Assembly: GCA_950097015.1 (NCBI GenBank)
Contig: CATNEN010000038.1
Location: forward strand, 27,280,001-27,344,000
Direction: 5' to 3'
DNA: 64,000 nt
From: Macrostomum hystrix
Taxonomy: Eukaryota > Animalia > Platyhelminthes
Every line of letters starts with the position of its first letter. Position 1 is the stretch's first letter. Under the pieces are notes generated by a model, which saw nothing but the letters and a program-made list of their open reading frames with translations, did not search any database and was not told the origin of the DNA. Shown piece by piece: positions 24,301-39,300 of this stretch. Made by a program: the position numbers and the translations under genes.

Positions 24301-27300
24301 GCTACTGGCTTATCAAACGGAATGTTCTAGATGTGAAGCTCCCAGATACAGTATCTATAGTCTCTTTTGTGCTGCGCAAAGCCGTTTCGAGTCCCAGCTC
24401 TGCATCGCTATTCCTCCTATTCTTTTTCGTCCGCCGCCTCTACTGCTGCAGAATAATCCCAATCGAAGGCACCCCCTAGAGGCCTCACCTATTGTCGTGA
24501 ATATTTAATTATTAAATCAGTTTTACAGCTCGCTAGCTCAATAACAAACTGCCTAACCGGAACCCTTGATTTAACATCCGGGCTCTGCAAGACATTTCAT
24601 TGCAATCAAATCAAATTATCTAATTACCCATTCCACTTCCACATTGTCACAAGCTGACTGACTGACTAATTTTATTTATTACTCACCCACTCACTCACTC
24701 ACTCACTCACTCACTCACTTACTCACTCACTCACTCACTTACTCACTCACTCACTCACTCACTTACTCACTCACTCACTCACTTACTCACTCACTCACTC
24801 ACTCACTTACTCACTCACTCACTCACTCACTTACTCACTTACTTACTCACTATTTTCTCACTCACTCACTTACTCACTTACTCACTCACTCACTCACTCA
24901 CTTACTCACTTACTTACTCACTATTTTCTCACTCACTCACTTACTCACTCACTCACTCACTCACTCACTTACTCACTCACTCACTTACTCACCCCCAATC
25001 TGCAGTACGGGCAGTGCAGTCAGCTTCGCAGTCCTGACAGAAGTCCTGATGAGTCAGCCACCGAAGATGACGACGAGAAGAGGTGAGTGAGATGGGAGTT
25101 AAAATTATAAAATTCGCTCCCTAATATGCTTACTTATCTAACTAACTCTTTAACTTATGTACTTAATGTGAACCAGCGCGGAGCTGATGAACCGCAGGCG
25201 AAGCAGTCTGGCCCTGAACATCGAGGTGCTGCCACGCGTCGACGTCCTTCGTCAGCGCAGTCGGCTTCTGCTGCGCAAGCAGAACACAATCGCCGACTTG
25301 ACGCACAAGACTTTGCAGACTTACGCCAGTAGCGAGGGTGAGTTCAGTGTTTAACAGGTGATTTCCCGTGTCTAACAGGTGATATCCTGTGTCTAACAGG
25401 TGATATCCAGTGTTTAACAGGTGATATCCAGTGTCTAACAGGTGATATCCTGTGTCTAACAGGTGATATCCAGTGTTTAACAGGTGATATCCAGTGTCTA
25501 ACAGGTGATATCCAGTGTCTAACAGGTGATATTCCATATCTAACATGTGATATTTCATATCTAACAGGTGATATCCGGTGTCTAACAGGTGATATTCCAT
25601 ATCTAACAGGTGATATTCCATATCTAACAGGTGATATTCCATATCTAACAGGTGATATTCCATATCTAACAGGTGATATTCCATATCTAACAGGTGATAT
25701 TACATATCTAACAGGTGATATTCCATATCTAACAGGTGATATTCCATATCTAACAGGTGATATTTCTTATCTAACAGGTGATATTCCATATCTAACAGGT
25801 GATATTTCTTATCCAACAGGTGATTTCTCGTGTCTAACTCACTCACTCACTCATTAAGTGATTAGTGACATCCCATGTCTCACAGGTTATTTTCTGCGTC
25901 TTGAGACACAATTGTGATATATAAAAAATTCGCATTGTAGCTAAGTTTTCTCTCTTCCACTTTATTTTCCTTGCAATCAACAACCCTCGAATCCCAAACA
26001 TAATATTTTTGTTCGCAGATCTCAGAAAGCGAGCCTCAAAATCCATCCTTCGACTGGTAAGATAAAAAAAGAAATAATAAATTTAAATTGAGTTAATTCA
26101 TTAATCGATGTTAAATCTAACTTTTAACGACTTATTTTCATCCAATTCGTTGAAAGATTGACATTCGAAGGAATCGTTGCAAAGGCACTCATAGCAGCCT
26201 GCAGGAAGCCATGCTTTTACTTCCCAGCTCAGAATTTCGCGACGCCTACCTGATTTCGTTCAAGGTCGATCATTTGATATTTTAATAAATTCATCGTTTT
26301 CTTAAATCTGTCAGTTTTCTAAAACTCTTCTTTTTTAATTCAGTTTTCTGAAATTCAGGGATCTAACGGAGAGAACCTGAAAGACGACAGCGGGCCGCAT
26401 TAACTGTAGGAATATGAGACAGGCTAGAGATGAGACAGGGTAGAGATGAGACAGGCTAGAGATGAGACAGGGTAGAGATGAGACAGGCTAGAGATGAGAC
26501 AGGCTAGAGATGAGACAGGCTAGAGATGAGACAGGGGAGAGATGAGAAAGGGTAGAGATGAGAAAGGGTAGAGATGAGACAGGGGAGAGATGAGACAGGG
26601 GAGAGATGAGACAGGGTAGAGATGAGACAGGGGAGAGATGAGACAGGGGAGAGATGAGACAGGGGAGAGATGAGACAGGGGAGAGATGAGACAGGGGAGA
26701 GATGAGACACGGGAGAGATGAGACGGGGGAGAGATGAGACAGGGGAGAGATGAGACACGGGAGAGATGAGACAGGGTAGAGATGAGACAGGGTAGAGATG
26801 AGACAGGGTAGAGATGAGAAAGGGTAGAGATGAGACAGGGGAGAGATGAGACAGGGGAGAGATGAGACACAGAAAAGATGAGACTCCCCATCTGCGACTC
26901 AGACGGGATGTTTCAGTTTACTTGAACATTATTCTCAAATTCCTTGAGTTTTTCAAATCCGTCGTTTTTTCCTAATTTATCGAGTTTCTTAAATTTGTCG
27001 TTTTCTTAAATTTATTCTTTTTTAAAATTCATTTTGTACTTTAATTTATCAAAATTTTCTTAAATTCGTCGTTTCTCTGGATTGATTGATTTTCTCGATT
27101 CGTCGAAAATGCGAATTTTTAGAAGAAGCACTGGAAGGACCTGTTTGATAGCTGGAACACGGAAATCGACGAAATTGAACGACTTCGTCGAGAGGCAGTC
27201 TGGGAGCTGTTCAAATCAGAGCTCACCTATTTGACCGACTATCTCATGGCTTTGAAGCACGTGAGTCAGTTAAAAACAATCGTAACCTATTAATTAAGCC

Positions 27301-30300
27301 GAGGCCAAAGCAGTTTTGTAGCACAGGACTTCCGCCCTTATTTATTCGTTGATTTTTCCGACTGAATTCCGACGTGGGCGCGTTAATGATTAGGAAATAT
27401 TATCCATACTTGGCGTGTTCTCACATTCTGAAAAAAGGCGACGGAAAGCAGTAGCTTTGATATCAACCTTTGTTATAAAATCGTTGAAGTCGAAGCAGAA
27501 AAGCAGCCCTTGTCGGCTAGGGAACAAACCCCATCTGAAACCCTTATCTGATTGGTCGACAAACCCCACTTCCAGCCCTTATCTGATTGGTCGACAAACC
27601 CCACTTCCAGCACTTGTCTGATTGTTCCAAAAACCCCACTTCCAGCCCTTATCTGATTGGTCGACAAACCCACTTCCAGCCCTTATCTGATTGGTCGACA
27701 AACCCACTTCCAGCCCTTATCTGATTGGTCGACAAACCCCACTTCCAGCCCTTATCTGATTGGTCGACAAACCCCACTTCCAGCACTTGTCTGATTGTTC
27801 CAAAAACCCCACTTCCAGCCCTTATCTGATTGGTCGACAAACCCACTTCCAGCCCTTATCTGATTGGTCGACAAACCCCACTTCCAGCCCTTATCTGATT
27901 GGTCGACAAACCCCACTTCCAGCCCTTATCTGATTGGTCGACAAACCCACTTCCAGCCCTTATCTGATTGTTGGTCGACAAGCCCCACTTTCACCACTTA
28001 TCGATTTTTGTTGCTGACCAACGAAAAACGAAATGTTTTTAAACGAACGTTTTTTCGCACAACTCGCTTCACTCTACTAATAGTAATGCTAATGAAAACC
28101 TGCACACCAAAATATCATAAATAACGTTTTAGTGCTTTCTGGAGCCACTAAAGAAGCTGCAGGTGGATGGCCACCTCATGATTGTGGAGCCAGATGATTT
28201 GTTTGGCAATATCGATGAGCTGTGCTATGTAAGAAGCCTCAATAAATCTCTTGTTTTAAATGCTTTCTAGACTAGAATTACTTAACAGTAGGAAGACCAC
28301 GGGTTCAAGGGCTGTATTTTGTATCTCCTAAAAATCTACCAATCACCGTGGTCGATTTTTCCCGTGGAGGAAAAATAGCGTGGTCTTTCTATTGTTAAGG
28401 AAGAGTATGGGCCTTGTCATGCGATTATCACACTTTAGGACAATCGTCAAGGTACAGTGTACACTGCCTGACGATGATGTACACAATGGGCAGAGTTACC
28501 TCCTCGCTAGTTGAAGGTCTACTGTCCGCTTTCACACTCACTCTCAGGTTAGCTACACATTCTCCCGAGATCTGCTGTCCGTGTTCCTCAAGGAGGCCTC
28601 CAAGCAGCAGTTTGGCACGCTGAACGGTTTGAGCAAAACTTTGAAAAGGGTGAGCGCTTTGAGTCAATCATTTTTTGTTCACAGAAGTACGAGCTCGTGA
28701 AGTGCCTGCCCCCGTTGACAATGAGATCAACCAACACACGAGACAATAAGATGCTGGAATTTTTATTTAGCACAGCGCCCAAGAACGTCGGCCAACTTTA
28801 ACTGAATTTCGGCAGTTGGAGAGGATTCTAGTTTATTATAATAAAATTCAACTTTATTTTTAGCGGGAACTCAGGCACAAACTAAAGGGAACAGTTGAAA
28901 TCGTCAAAGAATAACGGGAAAAAAGTTTATTTTAGATGGTTGAATAAACTAGCTAAAATATTATCTAGTCTCGGCCTAGAGAAGGTTCGGGCAGCACATC
29001 ACGTGGTTTCTATAAATAGAAACGGATCTCAGATAAGCAGGCTAAAAATAGAAACTGACGTCAGAATATGTGCGATATACGTCGGAGAGAGGTCCTAGCA
29101 CAGGCAGACTTATTACTAAAAATAGGCATGATTCTTAGGTTCAAGTAAACAGGCAGTGTCCTCTAAGGATTACGTGAGGCAGACAAAGGATGGAGAAAAG
29201 AGAACAAAGACTGGCAGCGGACAATAGCATCCCCTAGTCAGTGGGGGCGTTTATTAAATGACAGATTACGCCGAGCTGCAAAAAGTGACCAGTCTATGTT
29301 ACTAAACTAGCGACCCACTTCACTCGTAGATTTGTTTTCAAATAAATAAACAATTGTTTCTGTCGATAGTGGAACGCGTCATCAAGAAATGGCGAGGTCT
29401 ATCACAGCTACTGCCTGAACTATCACTGCGCCCTGACTTACTTGGAGATTCTTAGAAATCGAAACGATCAATTCGTCGAGTATGAGCGGGTGAGTTTAAA
29501 CTAAACTACTCGTGTTTGTTTCCGTCTGTACTGTTAGGAAAGAATTCACATTTCTCCGTGCCAGTGGTGTCAGCAAGACCCGCGATGCAACCGGCTGTCC
29601 CTGTCCGACCTCCTGGTGGCACCGATGCAGCACTGCACCAAGACTCCACTGCTGCTGGCCAATATAAGAAAGTACACGGTGGACGATGCGGCCAAGGATG
29701 TTCTCACGCAGTATCTGAAACGAGTCGAGCGTTCACTGCGTGAGAGTTGGAGGTTTTAGTGAAGGGTTTGTAGATTTGGTGAATGGATTGTAGACTTGGT
29801 GAATGGATTGTAGACTTGGTGAATGGACTGTAGACTTGGTGAATGGATTGTAGATTTGGTGAATGGATTGTAGATTTGGTGAATGGATTGTAGATTTGGT
29901 GAATGGATTGTAGATTTGGTGAATGGATTGTAGATTTGGTGAATGGATTGTAGACTTGGTGAATGGATTGTAGACTTGGTGAATGGATTGTAGATTTGGT
30001 GAATGGATTGTAGACTTGGTGAATGGATTGTAGACTTGGTGAATGGATTGTAGATTTGGTGAATGGATTGTAGATTTGGTGAATGGATTGTAGACTTGGT
30101 GAATGGATTGTAGACTTGGTGAATGGATTGTAGATTTGGTGAATGGATTGTAGATTTGGTGAATGGATTGTAGACTTGGTGAATGGATTGTAGACTTGGT
30201 AAATGGATTGTAGACTTGGTGAAGGGATTGTAGACTTGGTGAATGGATTGTAGATTTGGTGAAGGGATTGTAGACTTGGTGAATGGATTGTAGATTTGGT

Positions 30301-33300
30301 GAATAGATTGTAGACTTGGTGAATGGATTGTAGACTTGGTGAATGGATTGTAGACTTGGTAAATGGATTGTAGATTTGGTGAATGGATTGTAGATTTGGT
30401 GAATGGATTGTAGATTTGGTGAATGGATTGTAGATTTGGTGAATGGATTGTAGACTTCGTAAATGGATTGTAGATTTAGTGAATGGATTGTAGATTTAGT
30501 GAATGGATTTTAAATTTGGTGAATGAATTGTAGATTTGGTGAATGGATTTTAAATTTGGTGAATGAATTGTAGATTTGGTGAATGGAAGCATCAATTGGG
30601 TGAATTATGCCCACAGAGTCCCTGGAGGAGAAGCTTCAATGGTTGCGAAACTTTGAGCGGCTGCAGAACATTCAACAGCAGCTAGTCTGGCCTCCTGTCT
30701 CAGAACTGGAGCCCCGCGCATTCATCCCGGAGTTCCTGAGGAGCAGTCTAATCTCGCAGCCGTGCGAACAGCTGATTGCTAATCCCAAAAGGAAACTGAT
30801 TCACGAAGGCTATCTTAGCCTGATCGGTGGGTTTGGAGAATGATGATTTCTAAGAAATATTGCCTACGTAATAGGCAATGCACTGTCATTCTATTGTCGC
30901 ATTTCAGAGATTAACAAAACCATCGACATTTACGGATTTCTATTTGATGATTTATTGCTACTGACCAAGATAAAGAAACAGCCGAGGAAGGTGGGTGAAA
31001 GGCAATGAGACTTGACCATTGAGTCTACGATAATTCCCTACTTTCTCCTTGAGTATTCGATTGCCTACTCTCTCTTTGAGTATTCGATTCCCTACTCTCT
31101 CCTTGAGTATTCGATTGCCTACTCTCTCTTTGAGTCGTCGATTCCCTACTCTCTGAGTCGTCGATTGCCTACTCTCTCTTTGAGTCGTCGATTGCCTACT
31201 CTCTCTTTGAGTCGTCGATTGCCTACTCTCTCTTTGAGTCGTCGATTGCCTACTCTCTCTTTGAGTCGTCGATTCCCTACTCTCTCCTTGAGTATTCGAT
31301 TGCCTACTCTCTCTTTGAGTCGTCGATTCCCTACTCTCTGAGTCGTCGATTGCCTACTCTCTCTTTGAGTCGTCGATTGCCTACTCTCTCTTTGAGTATT
31401 CGATTCCCTACTCTCTCCTTGAGTATTCGATTCCCTACTCTCTCCTTGAGTATTCGATTGCCTACTCTCTCTTTGAGTCGTCGATTCCCTACTCTCTGAG
31501 TCGTCGATTGCCTACTCTCTCTTTGAGTCGTCGATTCCCTACTCTCTCCTTGAGTATTCGATTGCCTACTCTCTCTTTGAGTCGTCGATTCCCTACTCTC
31601 TGAGTCGTCGATTGCCTACTCTCTCTTTGAGTCGTCGATTGCCTACTCTCTCTTTGAGTCGTCGATTCCCTACTCTCTCTTTGAGTATTCGATTCCCTAC
31701 TCTCTCCTTGAGTATTCGATTCCCTACTCTCTCCTTGAGTATTCGATTCCCTACTCTCTCTTTGAGTATTCGATTCCCTACTCTCTCTTTGAGTATTCGA
31801 TTCCCTACTCTCTCTTTGAGTATTCGATTCCCTACTCTCTCTTTGAGTATTCGATTCCCTACTCTCTCTTTGAGTCGTCGATTCCCTACTCTCTCTTTGA
31901 GTATTCGATTCCCTACTCTCTCTTTGAGTATTCGATTCCCTACTCTCTCCTTGAGTATTCGATTCCCTACTCTCTCCTTGAGTCGTCGATTCCCTACTCT
32001 CTCTTTGAGTCGTCGATTCCCTACTCTCTCTTTGAGTATTCGATTCCCTACTCTCTCTTTGAGTATTCGATTCCCTACTCTCTCTTTGAGTCGTCGATTC
32101 CCTACTCTCTCTTTGAGTCGTCGATTCCCTACTCTCTCCTTGAGTATTCGATTCCCTACTCTCTCTTTGAGTATTCGATTCCCTACTCTCTCTTTGAGTC
32201 GTCGATTCCCTACTCTCTCCTTGAGTATTCGATTCCCTACTCTCTCTTTGAGTATTCGATTCCCTACTCTCTCCTTGAGTATTCGATTCCCTACTCTCTC
32301 TTTGAGTCGTCGATTCCCTACTCTCTCTTTGAGTCGTCGATTCCCTACTCTCTCCTTGAGTATTCGATTCCCTACTCTCTCCTTGAGTATTCGATTCCCT
32401 ACTCTCTCTTTGAGTATTCGATTCCCTACTCTCTCCTTGAGTATTCGATTCCCTACTCTCTCCTTGAGTATTCGATTCCCTACTCTCTCCTTGAGTATTC
32501 GATTCCCTACTCTCTCTTTGAGTCGTCGATTCCCTACTCTCTCTTTGAGTCGTCGATTCCCTACTCTCTCTTTGAGTCGTCGATTCCCTACTCTCTCTTT
32601 GAGTCGTCGATTCCCTACTCTCTCTTTGAGTCGTCGATTCCCTACTCTCTCCTTGAGTATTCGATTCCCTACTCTCTCTTTGAGTCGTCGATTCCCTACT
32701 CTCTCTTTGAGTCGTCGATTCCCTACTCTCTCTTTGAGTCGTCGATTGCCTACTCTCTCTTTGAGTCGTCGATTCCCTACTCTCTCCTTGAGTATTCGAT
32801 TCCCTACTCTCTCCTTGAGTCGTCGATTCCCTACTCTCTCTTTGAGTCGTCGATTCCCTACTCTCTCTTTGAGTCGTCGATTCCCTACTCTCTCTTTGAG
32901 TCGTCGATTCCCTACTCTCTCTTTGAGTCGTCGATTCCCTACTCTCTCTTTGAGTCGTCGATTCCCTACTCTCTCCTTGAGTCGTCGATTCCCTACTCTC
33001 TCTTTGAGTCGTCGATTCCCTACTCTCTCCTTGAGTATTCGATTCCCTACTCTCTCCTTGAGTCGTCGATTCCCTACTCTCTCTTTGAGTCGTCGATTGC
33101 CTACTCTCTCTTTGAGTCGTCGATTCCCTACTCTCTTCTTGAGTATTCGATTCCCTACTCTCTCTTTGAGTCGTCGATTGCCTACCCTCTCTTTGAGTCG
33201 TCGATTCCCTACTCTCTCCCTCTCCGATCCCGCAGCGCAGCTCCCAGGAGTCGAGTTATTCGTCATCTCCAACAGACGGTGGCGTGTTTGTTGTTCATCG

Positions 33301-36300
33301 TCAGCCAATAGCCCTGGACAGATTCAGCATTGTAGACATTTCTGCCGCGGAGTTTAGCGGTGAGAAGTCGATGTCGTATTTTTTGTCGTCAGCATTGTTC
33401 TTGTCGCCTTGTTCAATGAGTCATAATTAAGGACTTTTTGTTATTTTAAATGACTTTCAAATCTACGAATAGATGATGCATTTTTTAGTTAATCTTACGA
33501 GTAATTAATAAAACGACTCACTCGCTCTATTATTTGATTGTCAAAAAATGCAGCCAGACACGCGCAGCAAGACTCGTCTACAGCCTCAGACTGCGTGATT
33601 GAATGCGCAATCTTCATGCCCCACCAGAGCCCAGGTATTTGATTTGCTGCTAAAAATGCTGAAAAGTGCATCGCGCTTTGAGCCAATTCGTGTTAGCCGG
33701 AAATTTTCTGTGCAAGTTTTGTGGGGAGAGTTATATTACTTTTTATTGAACAAATTTTAATTCCATTTTAATGAATATACATTTAAATGTTACATAACCT
33801 TTCGATTCCCCATGGGAGACTTCTAATTGGCATTTCTAGATATGGCATTTTTCAAAACGAATAATTTTCTACAATGGAAATTCCAAAATGAGATTTCTCT
33901 TTAGGGATTTCACTTCTGAGATATCCCTTCCGGGATTTGTTTCGCTCAGATTTCCCTTTCAGGACGTCATTTTCGAAATTAATCTTACGAGATTTCCCTT
34001 TAGGGATTTCCCTTTCGGAATTTCCCTTTCGAGATTTTCCTTTCGGTATTTCCCCTTTGGGATTCCCCTTTTTGGGATTTCCCTTTCGCGAATTTCCCTT
34101 TTTGGGGATTTCCCTTTCGGGACTCCCTTTTTGGGGATTTCCCTTTCGGGATTTCCCTTTCGGGATTTCCGTTTCGGGATTTCACTTTCGGGATTTCCCT
34201 TTCGGGATTTTCTTTTCGCGATTTCCATTTCAAGATTTCCTTTTCAGGATTTACCTTCTGGGATTTCTCTCCTGGGATTTCCCTTTCGGGATATATTTTT
34301 GTGATTTACGTTACATGATTCGCCTTCTCGGATTTCCCTGATGGGATTTTCTTACTGGGATTATCTTTTCAGAGATAATCCAAAATCGGGGATTTCCTCA
34401 GCCTTTTAATAAGATTCCAAGACTACCCCATACGAATTATTTTATTTTTCAAAATGTGTAATCCCGATATAACTCCCTGTCCTAATATCACCCAACGCTT
34501 TTTGTTCTAGTAATAGACCACATTATTGTAAAATTTAAAAATATTGTGTCTAGTTTTTTCACCCACTTTGCTGTGATCATCCGCCAAGGCACAGTGAGAG
34601 TGTACACAATCTGACGAAGAGAAAGTCAGAGCAGATGTACACACTCTGTGTGACTGTGTGCTCAGGAGTGTGAGCTGAATGGGCAGAAATTCCCCATTGT
34701 CGCTGGCTGCGTGTCGATTATCGAAGAAATGTGTCCTAGCTGGCTTTTGTCCTAAACTTACCTCTAAACACAACTCGCTTTAATAGCCCATTAGCTTTAT
34801 TTATCCTTTCCCCCACTCGCAATGCCTCGCAATCCTTTCCATCATCACAATACTAAAAATGGAACTCTTGGTTGTGAATTAACGATTTTCTCGCACACAG
34901 CTCAACCGATTTTCATCATTCTTTTTTCAAAAGATACCATTTGTAATGTTCGAGTTACACCTATTTCATCAAAGAAATTTACTGATTCTAGGCCTAATTA
35001 CTATTCAAAAAACTGACTTTAAAGACTTCGAGACTCAATATTTATAGAGCAATAATTATATAGAGCATATTACTATCAAACAGATTCAACAAGAAACTGG
35101 CTGAGTAACTTTTCTATCTCCTCTAAGCTAAAATAAAACTGCACTAAGAACCTGGGCGACTTTTTTCCTGACAACTATAAAGAATCCCATTCTTAAGAAT
35201 CCCATTGTGAAAAAATCCCATTCTTGCTAAAGATTCTTGCTAAGCCGCATTAGATTCTTGCTAAACTGCATTAGATTCTTACTAAACTGCATTAGACTCT
35301 TGCTAAACTGCATTAGATTCTTGCTAAACTGCATTAGATTCTTGCTAAACTGCATTAGATTCTTGCTAAACTGCATTAGACTCTTGCTAAACTGCATTAG
35401 ATTCTTACTAAACTGCATTAGACTCTTGCTAAACTGCATTAGATTCTTGCTAAACTGCATTAGATTCTTGCTAAACTGCATTAGATTCTTGCTAAGCCGC
35501 ATTAGATTCTTGCTAAACTGCATTAGACTCTTGCTAAACTGCATTAGATTCTTACTAAACTGCATTAGACTCTTGCTAAACTGCATTAGATTCTTGCTAA
35601 ACTGCATTAGATTCTTGCTAAACTGCATTAGATTCTTGCTAAACTGTATTAGATTCTTGCTAAAGCCACATTAGATTCTTGCTAAACTGCATTAGATTCT
35701 TGCTAAGCCGCATTAGATTCTTGCTAAACTGCATTAGATTCTTGCTAAACTGCATTAGACTCTTGCTAAACTGCATTAGACTCTTGCTAAACTGCATTAG
35801 ATTCTTGCTAAACTGCATTAGACTCTTGCTAAATTGTATTAGATTCTTGATAAACTGCATTAGATTCTTGCTAAACTGTATTAGATTCTTGCTAAACTGC
35901 ACTAGATTCTTGCTAAACTGCATTAGACTCTTGCTAAACTGCATTAGATTCTTACTAAACTGCATTAGACTCTTGCTAAACTGCATTAGATTCTTGCTAA
36001 ACTGTATTAGATTCTTGCTAAACTGCATTAGATTCTTGCTAAATTGCATTAGATTCTTGCTAAACTGCATTAGACTCTTGCTAAACTGCATTAGATTCTT
36101 GCTAAACTGTATTAGATTCTTGCTAAACTGTATTAGATTCTTGCTAAACTGCATTAGATTCTTGCTAAACTGCATTAGACTCTTGCTAAACTGTATTAGA
36201 TTCTTGCTAAACTGCATTAGATTCTTGTTAAACTGTATTAGATTCTTGCTAAACTGCACTAGATTCTTGCTAAACTGCATTAGACTCTTGCTAAACTGCA

Positions 36301-39300
36301 TTAGATTCTTACTAAACTGCATTAGACTCTTGCTAAACTGCATTAGATTCTTACTAAACTGCATTAGATTCTTGCTAAACTGCATTAGATTCTTACTAAA
36401 CTGCATTAGATTCTTGCTAAACTGCATTAGATTCTTACTAAACTGCATTAGATTCTTGCTAAACTGCATTAGACTCTTGCTAAACTGCATTAGACTCTTG
36501 CTAAACTGTATTAGACTCTTGCTAAACTGCATTAGATTCTTGCTAAACTGCATTAGACTCTTGCTAAACTGCATTAGACTCTTGCTAAACTGCATTAGAT
36601 TCTTGCTAAACTGCATTAGACTCTTGCTAAACTGCATTAGATTCTTGCTAAACTGCACTAGATTCTTGCTAAACTGCATTAGATTCTTACTAAACTGCAT
36701 TAGATTCTTGCTAAACTGCATTAGATTCTTGCTAAACTGCATTAGATTCTTGCTAAACTGCATTAGATTCTTGATAAACTGCATTAGATTCTTACCAAAC
36801 TGCATTAGATTCTTACTAAACTGCATTAGATTCTTGCTAAACTGTATTAGATTCTTGCTAAACTGCACTAGATTCTTGCTAAACTGTATTAGATTCTTGC
36901 TAAACTGTATTAGATTCTTGCTAAACTGCATTAGATTCTTGCTAAACTGTATTAGATTCTTGCTAAACTGCATTAGATTCTTGCTAAACTGCATTAGATT
37001 CTTGCTAAACTGTATTAGATTCTTGCTAAACTGCATTAGATTCTTGTTAAACTGCATTAGATTCTTGCTAAACTGTATTAGATTCTTACTAAACTGCATT
37101 AGATTCTTGCTAAATTGCATTAGATTCTTGATAAACTGCATTAGATTCTTACCAAACTGCATTAGATTCTTACTAAACTGCATTAGATTCTTGCTAAACT
37201 GTATTAGATTCTTGCTAAACTGCACTAGATTCTTGCTAAACTGTATTAGATTCTTGCTAAACTGTATTAGATTCTTGCTAAACTGCATTAGATTCTTGCT
37301 AAACTGTATTAGATTCTTGCTAAACTGCACTAGATTCTTGCTAAACTGTATTAGATTCTTGCTAAACTGTATTAGATTCTTGCTAAACTGCATTAGATTC
37401 TTGCTAAACTGTATTAGATTCTTGCTAAACTGCATTAGATTCTTGTTAAACTGCATTAGATTCTTGCTAAACTGTATTAGATTCTTACTAAACTGCATTA
37501 GATTCTTGCTAAATTGCATTAGATTCTTGATAAACTGCATTAGATTCTTACCAAACTGCATTAGATTCTTACTAAACTGCATTAGATTCTTGCTAAACTG
37601 CATTAGATTCTTGCTAAACTGCATTAGATTCTTGTTAAACTGCATTAGATTCTTGCTAAACTGCATTAGATTCTTGCTAAACTGCATTAGACTCTTGCTA
37701 AACTGCATTAGACTCTTGCTAAACTGCATTAGATTCTTGCTAAATTGCATTAGATTCTTGATAAACTGCATTAGATTCTTGCTAAACTGCATTAGATTCT
37801 TGCTAAACTGCATTAGATTCTTGCTAAACTGCATTAGATTCTTGCTAAGCCGCATTAGATTCTTGCTAAACTGCATTAGATTCTTACTAAACTGCATTAG
37901 ACTCTTGCTAAACTGCATTAGATTCTTGCTAAACTGCATTAGATTCTTGCTAAACTGCATTAGATTCTTGCTAAACTGCACTAGATTCTTGCTAAACTGT
38001 ATTAGATTCTTGCTAAACTGCATTAGATTCTTGCTAAACTGCACTAGATTCTTGCTAAACCGCATTAGATTCTTGCTAAACTGCATTAGACTCTTGCTAA
38101 ACTGCATTAGATTCTTGCTAAACTGCATTAGACTCTTGCTAAACTGCATTAGACTCTTGCTAAACTGCATTAGATTCTTGCTAAATTGCATTAGATTCTT
38201 GATAAACTGCATTAGATTCTTGCTAAACTGTATTAGATTCTTGCTAAAGCCACATTAGATTCTTGCTAAACTGCATTAGATTCTTGCTAAGCCGCATTAG
38301 ATTCTTGCTAAACTGCATTAGATTCTTGCTAAACTGCATTAGATTCTTGCTAAACTGCATTAGACTCTTGCTAAACTGCATTAGACTCTTGCTAAACTGC
38401 ATTAGATTCTTGCTAAACTGCATTAGACTCTTGCTAAACTGCATTAGATTCTTGCTAAATTGCATTAGATTCTTGATAAACTGCATTAGATTCTTGCTAA
38501 ACTGCATTAGATTCTTGCTAAACTGCATTAGATTCTTGCTAAACTGCATTAGATTCTTGCTAAGCCGCATTAGATTCTTGCTAAACTGCATTAGATTCTT
38601 ACTAAACTGCATTAGACTCTTGCTAAACTGCATTAGATTCTTGCTAAACTGCATTAGATTCTTGCTAAACTGCATTAGATTCTTGCTAAACTGCACTAGA
38701 TTCTTGCTAAACTGTATTAGATTCTTGCTAAACTGCATTAGATTCTTGCTAAACTGCACTAGATTCTTGCTAAACCGCATTAGATTCTTGCTAAACTGCA
38801 TTAGACTCTTGCTAAACTGCATTAGATTCTTGCTAAACTGCATTAGACTCTTGCTAAACTGCATTAGACTCTTGCTAAACTGCATTAGATTCTTGCTAAA
38901 TTGCATTAGATTCTTGATAAACTGCATTAGATTCTTACCAAACTGCATTAGATTCTTACTAAACTGCATTAGATTCTTACTAAACTGCATTAGATTCTTA
39001 TTAAACTGCATTAGATTCTTGCTAAACTGCATTAGATTCTTGCTAAACTGCATTAGATTCTTGCTAAACTGTATTAGATTCTTGCTAAACTGCATTAGAT
39101 TCTTGCTAAACTGCATTAGATTATTGCTAAACTGCATTAGATTCTTGCTAAACTGCATTAGATTCTTGTTAAACTGCATTAGATTCTTGCTAAACTGCAT
39201 TAGATTCTTGCTAAACTGCATTAGACTCTTGCTAAACTGCATTAGACTCTTGCTAAACTGCATTAGACTCTTGCTAAACTGCATTAGATTCTTGCTAAAT

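Noticed and set aside
28800-29260. Purine-rich stretch that might be a decayed retroelement 3' end
   Set aside because: No recognisable motif, TSD or second copy in the window.
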